Assembly: GCF_003367075.2 (NCBI RefSeq)
Contig: NZ_CP065936.1
Span: 1,440,001-1,472,000 of the forward strand
Source: Cylindrospermopsis raciborskii Cr2010
Lineage (GTDB): Bacteria > Cyanobacteriota > Cyanobacteriia > Cyanobacteriales > Nostocaceae
DNA: 32,000 nt
Reading direction: 5' to 3'
Every line of letters begins with the position of its first letter. Positions within the stretch are counted from its first letter, which is position 1. Positions 1 through 7,600 of this stretch are shown piece by piece. The position numbers were made by a program, and so were the translations under genes. The notes beneath the pieces were generated by a model. That model made no database searches, had not been told where the DNA came from, and saw nothing but the letters and a program-made list of their open reading frames with translations.

Positions 1-82
1 CAGCGTAAAAATCCACCAGCACGGGTACATCGGATCCAGATAACATTTCTTCAAAGCTATTAAATTGTTTTTTAGTTGTCAT
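1..82 (-). CDS. thioredoxin-family protein, N-terminal part only (gene runs off the window start)
   Basis: A reverse-strand ATG at 80-82 opens a frame reading MTTKKQFNSFEEMLSGSDVPVLVDFYA. This is the usual lead-in to the thioredoxin WCGPC active-site strand. The gene is cut by the window edge and is too short for the ORF track. Confidence 0.55.
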   Translation of the reverse strand, partial: MTTKKQFNSFEEMLSGSDVPVLVDFYA

Positions 83-181
83 AACGGTACACACCTAACA
101 GTTACTGCTTTCTCAATAGTAGTTGGCAACCAACAAAAATCAACCAAATCCTTGCTAGTTAGAGTTCTATCATAAGATATC

Positions 182-1039
182 CTAACGGAGGGAGTAGGGA
201 ACAGAAAACTGCTCCACCAAGGGAGTATAACCCAACCATGGGGTTCCCGATTGAGAAAACTGTTGAGGAGACCCACTAACGACAAAACGAGTGGGCATAG
301 GTAAAAGGCGATTTTTGATGTTTAGTATTTCTAACTCTCGCTGACAGACCCTAACAACATGAACTGCAGGATCTACCAGATGGATGTGATTTGGTATGAG
401 AGTCTTTATTATAGGTTCAAGTAAAGGATAATGAGTACATCCATAGATTAAAGTATCTATTTCCTGTGCTAATAAAGGTTCTAAATAGGATTTAGCAACT
501 GCAAGAGTGTAGGGGTCATGAAGGCGATTTTGTTCGATTAAGGGAACAAATTCAGGACAACTTACTTGCCATACCTGAACATTAACTTTAAGTTCCATTA
601 TTGCCTGACGATAGGCATTACTTTTAGCTGTGGCAGGAGTAGCAATCACACCAATACGTTTACCCACATTTACAGCAAACTTAGTAGCAGGTGAAATCAT
701 CCCCAAAATGGGGAATTTATATTCCAAACGAACCGTTTCCAAAGTGAGAGCGGAACTGGTGTTACAGGCCATAATCACCATTTTCACCCCTTGTTGTTCC
801 ATCCAATTGAGTATTTCCCTGACATATCCTAAGATTTCTTTTTGGGAGCGGATACCATAGGGAAGATGGGCCGTATCCCCAAAATAAATAACCGACTCAT
901 TGGGTAGTTGCTGATAAACCTGTCGCAGGACAGTTAACCCACCCACACCACTGTCAAACACACCAATGGGAGAGCAGCTGGGAATTTCCTGAATGGAAAA
1001 TGCTTGGGAATTACCTTCAAAAACGGGATATGAGTGCAT
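182..1039 (-). CDS. murI: glutamate racemase
   Basis: 285-aa ORF with the MurI signature GVFDSGVGGLTV near the N-terminus. It also has the two catalytic-Cys contexts (MACNTSS and YGCTHYP). It lies directly downstream of the amidase gene. Confidence 0.9.
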   Translation of the reverse strand: MHSYPVFEGNSQAFSIQEIPSCSPIGVFDSGVGGLTVLRQVYQQLPNESVIYFGDTAHLPYGIRSQKEILGYVREILNWMEQQGVKMVIMACNTSSALTLETVRLEYKFPILGMISPATKFAVNVGKRIGVIATPATAKSNAYRQAIMELKVNVQVWQVSCPEFVPLIEQNRLHDPYTLAVAKSYLEPLLAQEIDTLIYGCTHYPLLEPIIKTLIPNHIHLVDPAVHVVRVCQRELEILNIKNRLLPMPTRFVVSGSPQQFSQSGTPWLGYTPLVEQFSVPYSLR

Positions 1040-1076
1040 AGGGGAATGGGTTCAGGGACTACTATAGAATAATAGT

Positions 1077-2948
1077 TCATCTTTGTTTTAAATACTGGAG
1101 AATTCCCTGAGCAATGGCCTGGGCCATTTGATTTTGGTAGGTAGACCTTTGTAAATTAGCCACATCCTCTTCTCCCGTTAGATAACCAAGTTCTACCAAA
1201 ATCGAGGGTATAGAATTTTTTCTCAGAACATAAAACCTTGCCTTCCTTACTCTTCTGTCCCTGACATTGACATTTTGCAAAATTTTGTTGTGAACAGTTC
1301 GTGCTAAGTCTAAACCACTATCATAATAATAGGTTTCTAATCCGCTAACTTCAGGACGATTAAGACCTGCTGAGTTAGCATGAATACTAACAAATATATC
1401 AGCTCCAGTGCGCTGTGCCATTTCCACCCTTCCTGGAAGGGTGACAAAGTAGTCAGCATCTCTGGTTAATACGGTCTCTACGCCATTTTCTTGCAGAATT
1501 TTAGCAATTCTTAGGCTAATGGGCAAAATAATATCTTTTTCCTGCACTCCAGCAATCCCTATAGCTCCTGGATCTTTGCCACCATGTCCTGGATCAATCA
1601 TGACTAGCAATTTACCCTTGGGGGTAGTGCGACGAGGACGAGGTTGGGGATTGGTTTCTGGTTTGGCGTTGGGATCTGGTAAGTGATTACTTCCACCCTG
1701 ATCTAGGGGGGGTAAGCCAATTGGCGATCTTACCTGACTGGTCCTTTGGATTGGCAAAGACAACATTCCGTTGCTAGTTTGACCAAGTTGACCAATACGA
1801 ACTCCTGATGCTGGTTGTACTAGAATAATTACATTGTTTAACGTCCCAGACTGGACACGCACTCCCAATACTGGACTGTTAGGTGGTAGATTGACTCTGG
1901 AAGCTTGAGGTGCTAATTTGGCATTATTAATACTAATGCGAAACATGGCGGAACCTCTGTCCCAACCTGTAGTTACAGATGATTTCTGACCGCCTTTAAT
2001 TAATAATTCTGTGCCATTGTCGCTTAACTGCACCGATTCAATGGTATCAGTCCCGGTCTCATTATTATTTTCTACGTCATTAACATCAGGAAAATTAGGA
2101 GTTAGGGTTTCACCTCCCTCCCGTGAGTTAACAAATCCCTTCACTGGTAAAATCACCAGTCCATCACCAACAGTGCTTACTTCCCAATCGGGACTTTTTG
2201 CATCCACCTTAAAGCTAACTTGCACCGTGCTAGGAGTAGTTCGCAATTGGATCAGCTGAACCCGAGTAACGCCATGGCGATTAACCAAGATGCTTCTTGC
2301 TGTTAATTGTGGAGACAAACTTGCACCCACAATATTCATGAAGATGGTAGTCCGGTCAACACTGCGGTTGATTCTAGCTTGGGGGGAGATACCACTAGTG
2401 CGAATAAAGAAACCATCTCCAGTAGTTTGTAATTTTTCAACTTGGGTTTTTCCCGCTGAAGAAAACTCTGGTGGAGATTGGGTAGAATCTATAGTTGCTA
2501 AATTATAATTGGAATTGTCATCTCTATTATTGTTATCCTGTGGGGTGTTGGAGGATACCCGCTCTAGTTTTGGCAGTTGTACTATCCAGCGACTACCACT
2601 GACGGGTGTAAACTTGATAGCTTGAGGGTCAACCGTATAACCCGGATTAAATTCCACTACTACACGGGTAGTTTGGGGATCAAATTGTCCTATGCGAACC
2701 ACACGAACCCCACCACCTATGGGTCGAGCAACTTGGGGTTGACCAAATTTGGTGTTCGGTAAATCAATCACCAGTCGCGTAGGGTTAAAAACTAATTGAG
2801 CTTGTGGTTGAACAGGTCTAGTTGTTCTAATTTCTAGCTTGTTTTCGTTAGCATCAAACCGCCAAGAGTCAAATTGAGCCGCTAAACTAGGTGAAGACAG
2901 TAAAAGAACTGTTCCAATTGTTCCCGTTAGTAAGTAGTGTAGTCTCAA
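1077..2948 (-). CDS. amiC: N-acetylmuramoyl-L-alanine amidase with N-terminal AMIN-type repeats (AmiC-like septal cell-wall amidase)
   Basis: 623-aa ORF with a signal peptide (LLLSSPSLAAQ). It has repeated AMIN-like beta modules, a Pro-rich linker (PETNPQPRPRRTTP) and a C-terminal amidase_3 domain (MIDPGHGGKDPGA, SIHANS, ETYYY, ELGYLT). Confidence 0.9.
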   Translation of the reverse strand: MRLHYLLTGTIGTVLLLSSPSLAAQFDSWRFDANENKLEIRTTRPVQPQAQLVFNPTRLVIDLPNTKFGQPQVARPIGGGVRVVRIGQFDPQTTRVVVEFNPGYTVDPQAIKFTPVSGSRWIVQLPKLERVSSNTPQDNNNRDDNSNYNLATIDSTQSPPEFSSAGKTQVEKLQTTGDGFFIRTSGISPQARINRSVDRTTIFMNIVGASLSPQLTARSILVNRHGVTRVQLIQLRTTPSTVQVSFKVDAKSPDWEVSTVGDGLVILPVKGFVNSREGGETLTPNFPDVNDVENNNETGTDTIESVQLSDNGTELLIKGGQKSSVTTGWDRGSAMFRISINNAKLAPQASRVNLPPNSPVLGVRVQSGTLNNVIILVQPASGVRIGQLGQTSNGMLSLPIQRTSQVRSPIGLPPLDQGGSNHLPDPNAKPETNPQPRPRRTTPKGKLLVMIDPGHGGKDPGAIGIAGVQEKDIILPISLRIAKILQENGVETVLTRDADYFVTLPGRVEMAQRTGADIFVSIHANSAGLNRPEVSGLETYYYDSGLDLARTVHNKILQNVNVRDRRVRKARFYVLRKNSIPSILVELGYLTGEEDVANLQRSTYQNQMAQAIAQGILQYLKQR

Positions 2949-3116
2949 ATCCCTTCTCCTATATTTAACATCATAGACTTAATCAATATCCCAATCTGAG
3001 AATTTTGCCAAGTCGCGGTTGCCAAGTCTGTAGATAACCATCTCCTGGCTAGGACTATATGTCGGGACGGTAATATACAAATATAAGTTTCAAGTTTCCC
3101 CATTTCCCCATTTCCC

Positions 3117-4511
3117 CTATACCTCTGAGGTGGAATCTATTGCAACCGAAGATTCCCCTTGGGGAAAGACAACTCGTAATAGGGGGGGAGCTAAAAAGGT
3201 GGTGATAATTACCATCATAATGATTGCTGCTCCTAAAGGTTTGGAAAGCACTCCACTAGCTGCACCAACTCCCGCAAATACTAACCCTACCTCACCTCTG
3301 GGAATCATACCTACACCAATGGCTAAACGGTTAATACCTGGCTGACCAAAAACGGCTAAACCTGTAATCACTTTACCAATAATCGCTATTGTAATCAGGA
3401 AGGTAGCCATCACCAGTCCTTCTCTATTGGTTGGTATAGCTGGATTTAACACTCCTAAATCTGTTTTCGCTCCTACTGCTACAAAGAAAATTGGCACTAG
3501 CATGTCCGCAATTGGTATAACTTGCTTTTGCAGTTCCTTTCTCTTTTCTGTTTCCTCTAAAACTAATCCAGCTGCAAATGCTCCTAATATCGCTTCTAGA
3601 TTAATGATATCCGCCAGGTAGGACATGATAAACGCAAAAATAAAAGCGGGAATTACCACTCCCCCCCTGGTCTTCAACATATCCGCGATCGCCACGAAGG
3701 ATTTATTAAAAACATTACCAAGAATTACGGCACCAATAATAAATCCAGTAGCGCTGGCTATTAAATAAATTACGTTACCCACATCCACTGCGCCATCTTT
3801 AGCTAAACTAGCAACTACCGCCAAAACGATAATTCCTAAGATATCATCTATGACAGCTGCACCAAGGATAATTTGTCCTTCTTTGGAATTCAACCTACCA
3901 ATTTCTGAAAGCACTCTGGAGGTAATACCAATACTAGTAGCAGTTAAAGCTGCACCAGCAAAAATAGCAGGTACTGGAGCAATGCCAAAGATGATCATCA
4001 ACCCTGCAGTACCCGCTGCAAAGGGAACAGCTACTCCTACCACTGCGACAACAAACGCTTGAATGCCAACTTCCATCAAATCTTTTAAGTTGGACTCCAA
4101 CCCTATTTCAAACAGAAGAATAATTACACCCAATTCTGCTAAAACGGAAATCACCTCTGATTGAGCAGCAAATACTGCGGGTGTAGCTTCTGGTGTTAAC
4201 CCAGCGGTAATTTGCAAGAAGGACATAATCAAGGAACTGGAGCTATCAGTACCACCTTCTGGAAATACTAGCAAGTGTAGAACTGATGTACCAACAACCA
4301 CACCTCCAACTAATTCACCCAGAACCGGTGGAAATCCTAATTTGTTGGATAGTTCGCCCCCTAACTTACTAGCTAGGTAAATAACTACTAAACTGAGGAG
4401 AACTGCTGCTACCACGATGGTATTGTCCACCGACTCATTGGTAGAGCTGGCCAACAGGGGAATAGTAAACTTGGTGAAAATGGTCACATCAACTGTATTT
4501 ATGAGTGGCAT
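3117..4511 (-). CDS. cation:proton antiporter (CPA-type Na+/H+ or K+/H+ exchanger), polytopic membrane protein
   Basis: 464-aa ORF that is almost entirely hydrophobic and Gly/Ala/Val/Ile-rich, with about 12 predicted TM segments. Motifs such as LLFEIGLE and TATSIGIT are typical of the sodium/hydrogen exchanger family. Confidence 0.8.
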   Translation of the reverse strand: MPLINTVDVTIFTKFTIPLLASSTNESVDNTIVVAAVLLSLVVIYLASKLGGELSNKLGFPPVLGELVGGVVVGTSVLHLLVFPEGGTDSSSSLIMSFLQITAGLTPEATPAVFAAQSEVISVLAELGVIILLFEIGLESNLKDLMEVGIQAFVVAVVGVAVPFAAGTAGLMIIFGIAPVPAIFAGAALTATSIGITSRVLSEIGRLNSKEGQIILGAAVIDDILGIIVLAVVASLAKDGAVDVGNVIYLIASATGFIIGAVILGNVFNKSFVAIADMLKTRGGVVIPAFIFAFIMSYLADIINLEAILGAFAAGLVLEETEKRKELQKQVIPIADMLVPIFFVAVGAKTDLGVLNPAIPTNREGLVMATFLITIAIIGKVITGLAVFGQPGINRLAIGVGMIPRGEVGLVFAGVGAASGVLSKPLGAAIIMMVIITTFLAPPLLRVVFPQGESSVAIDSTSEV

Positions 4512-4647
4512 TGGTTTTATAAATGTTTATGAGTTTTTTGTCCTTACCTTTTTATATCACTTTCTTTATATTTTTTATCTGTGGTTTCAAATCAGATCGA
4601 TATTCCAGTATATATCAAGTATAAACTGAAATATCGATATTTTTAAA

Positions 4648-4680
4648 CTTAAACTATAGCTTTAGATGCTGTAGTTTAAG
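4648..4680 (-). terminator. candidate stem-loop terminator downstream of the giant phosphatase gene
   Basis: Imperfect 12-bp inverted repeat cttaaactatag / ctgtagtttaag (11 of 12 paired, 9-nt loop). It starts 6 nt past the stop codon and is followed on the minus strand by TTTAAAAAT. Confidence 0.4.
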
Positions 4681-4685
4681 CAAGA

Positions 4686-7600
4686 CTAAACAAAACTGAA
4701 GTTACTGACAGTAAGTGTGCTAGTATTTACTCCAATTAAGGTAGCTATAGTGTTGCCATTGATGATAATGTCGTTATTGGTTAAGGTTAGATCCTTAAAG
4801 CCAAAGCTCTGGACTTGACCGCTAATACCCAAAACATCAGTACCAATCTGAAAATCCACAATGGTATTGGCAAGGTTTTTGTTGTCAACTTTGGGGATAT
4901 CACCGGTAGCGATCCAAAACTGGTCTGCACCAGCACCACCGGAAATTAAATTGCCCCCACCTTCGCTAACAAAGAATTTATCATCTCCATCACCACCTAA
5001 AGCGCGACCATTCACACCTAGGTGAAAAACGTCATTACCAGATCCACCGGAAAGGCGATAGTCCTTGGCATCTGTAGCGTAGATTTCATCATCCCCACTA
5101 CCACCAAAAATGCGATCGCCATTACCTGCGTATATAACGTCTTTGCCACTACCTGTGTGAATAGTATTTTCGCCCCTGGGAAAACCTTCCAAGGAGGTAT
5201 TGAGAGTAGTGTCTACCTCATCATTTCCAGAACCGGTAAAGATTAGGTCTTTAATACCATCAGTTTGGGAAGGAATTACCACAACATCACGATCCGTGGT
5301 GCCAAAGACCAACTGGGATGCTTGGGGAACATTATTGGCATTTGGTTCCACCTCAAACTGACTGACAATTTGGGGTTGCAGATTGATAATAGCATTAGGA
5401 TCAGCAACTAACTCAGCTTCAGTATAGGGTTTGATTCCATAAGTAGTGACCGTTAGCTTTTGAGTAGTTGGGTTGATGTTAAATTCCGTCCAACCGTAGG
5501 TGTGAGTCGCAATATAGTCTCCTTGTAGTAACTTAGAGTTAATTAACCCATCAACTTGAGAAAGGTTGTTGTTTAAACCTATTGGATCGTAGCCAAAAGG
5601 TTGTAATCCATTGTTGATAGCTTGTTTAATGAAATCATCCTTGTCATTTACAACACTATCCCCATCACTAATTGTAGGTAAGGAATCATAAAATGCCTTT
5701 TGCTGTGGTGTTAGGAATAAACCAGCCACTGTTGGTCCAAAGGGAGCATCGTAAGCTACGGAACCAGTAATAATTTCCCAGGTATTGGTAGGAATTTGAG
5801 CTTGACCGGGTGCGGTTTGATAGGTGAGATTATTTACTATTGTACCGTGGAAATCAGCAGTAACAAAAACAACGTTTTTAATTTTGTTGTCATCGATAAA
5901 CTTGAGAAGTTCCGTTCTTTCAGCTGCATATCCTTCGTAGCGGTCACTTGCTGCTGCTACACCCAGGTTTTGGATTGGTCCTGACAACATGATAAACTTC
6001 CAGGTTATACCGCTGTTGCTTGCGCGCAGGAGGTCTTTTTTGAGATCTTCCACCTGTGGTCTTCCCAACAGGGTGCGATTGGGATTAAAAGACTGGGCCA
6101 GGAAATTGCCAACCTGAGTTGAATCACCTGGGTTGGTAACGGGGGGTAGTTCCGTATCTCGGAAAGAGCGAGCATCTAATACAAAAGTAGCTGCGTCACT
6201 ACCATAGGTGTTATAGCGATAGAGTTTCCTTTCTCCATCAATTCTACTATCACCGGTTTGACTATAAAACTGATCGCTAATGGGGTTATACTCTTGGAAA
6301 GCCTGCAACCCATTTTCATAGAAGGGATTGTCATTGGTTAAACCCGTGCCAGAAGGAGACATACCAGCAAAGTCATTGTAAACCTCGTGGTCATCTATAG
6401 TAGTTAAAATGGAGGTAGATGCTCTTAGGTCTCCCCAGGTATTTTGTCCATAGCGTAGTCCGTATACTTCAGAGTGTTTAGCTCGATAGTCTTCTAGGGT
6501 AGTAGCTTGAGGTATTTCCACTCCCTTGCTATCCTTGAGTCCTGGTGAGGGAACGTCAGCATAAATGGTATCTCCCAGTTGGACAAAGAATTTCAAATTA
6601 GCTGTATCCGCATTATTAATGGCTGGATAGGGCGCTAATTCACCACGCCAGTCACCCGAGACTCCAAATTTCAACCCAGCTCTAGTTGTGGAGGTAGCTG
6701 CTGTGCTAAACTTACCAGTAGCAGTTCCACCACTTACATCGCTGACCCGATAGTAGTAATTGGTTCCCGGTGTAAGTCCATCTACTAATACTTTAACTGG
6801 TTGAGTAGTATTGGTTACGTTGACTGTCTTTTTGCCAACTATGGTACTAAAGTCTGGAGTTGTACCATATTCAAAGGTCACCTGTCCGGTGAAAAGACTG
6901 CGGGTCCAGAGAATGGTAGAAGTTTGGGTGGTGTCACCGCTAGCAACTCCGTTAACTAGGGACTGGGCTATGGGAGTGCGGGGATTGAAAGTGGTAGTAT
7001 CAATTTTTAAAGATGTGGGGAAACCATTGGCAATATTTTCCCAGGGGACCAATTTAAAATTGCTGTTGATGTTCTCACCATCAGTAATTTTAGCGGGTTC
7101 GTTATTGCCATCTTGAGTGACAAATAAACCCATGGGGAAATTAGCGCCTAGGGGTAGATTAATCACATCTGCACCATCAGACTCCTGCACGCTATCAATT
7201 GCGCCATTACTGCCAACAGCAAATCTCCCCAGAAAATCATTGCTACCTTCACGGGTGTAAACGGCAAAGCTGTTATCACCTTGGCTAGATGCTAATAGGT
7301 AACCGGTGCCATTTTTGCCATAGTAAATTGTGAGACCCTCCGCATCATCTGTAAGGTTTTGACCACCTTCAAATTTAACCTTATCTACCAGTTTACCAAC
7401 GTTGCTACCATTGGGTTCTGCATCGAATTTCCAAATTCCCACATCCTCCTGACCAATGTAAACAAAGCCCATTTCCTGGTCTGCTACCATACCCTCGGTT
7501 TGAGCAGAACGGGTAGAATCACTAGGAGCAGGAATGGTAAATTCTCTAACTCGTTCATAGCCTACTTTGCCATTACCTTTGTCAATCAGTTTAAATTGAG

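Noticed and set aside
79-285. 68-aa minus-strand ORF bridging the murI end and the thioredoxin start
   Set aside because: It overlaps the well-supported murI C-terminus and the thioredoxin start region in another frame, and has no motif support.
2990-3070. Possible mate (left) end of the Tn7-like element: GTCGCGGTTGCCAAG... and TATATGTCGGG about 46 nt apart
   Set aside because: There is no terminal TGTACA, only loose similarity to the 14091-14168 repeats, and no AATGG duplication. Similar weak hits at 4545-4585 (TTTTTTGTCC, TTATCTGTGG) and 10729-10765 (ATGGACAAT, TGACATACAAATAAG, wrong orientation) are equally unconvincing.
3095-3118. Microsatellite TTTCCCCA x3 at the antiporter stop codon
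   Set aside because: It is a very short simple repeat overlapping a stop codon, with nothing suggesting function beyond possible slippage.
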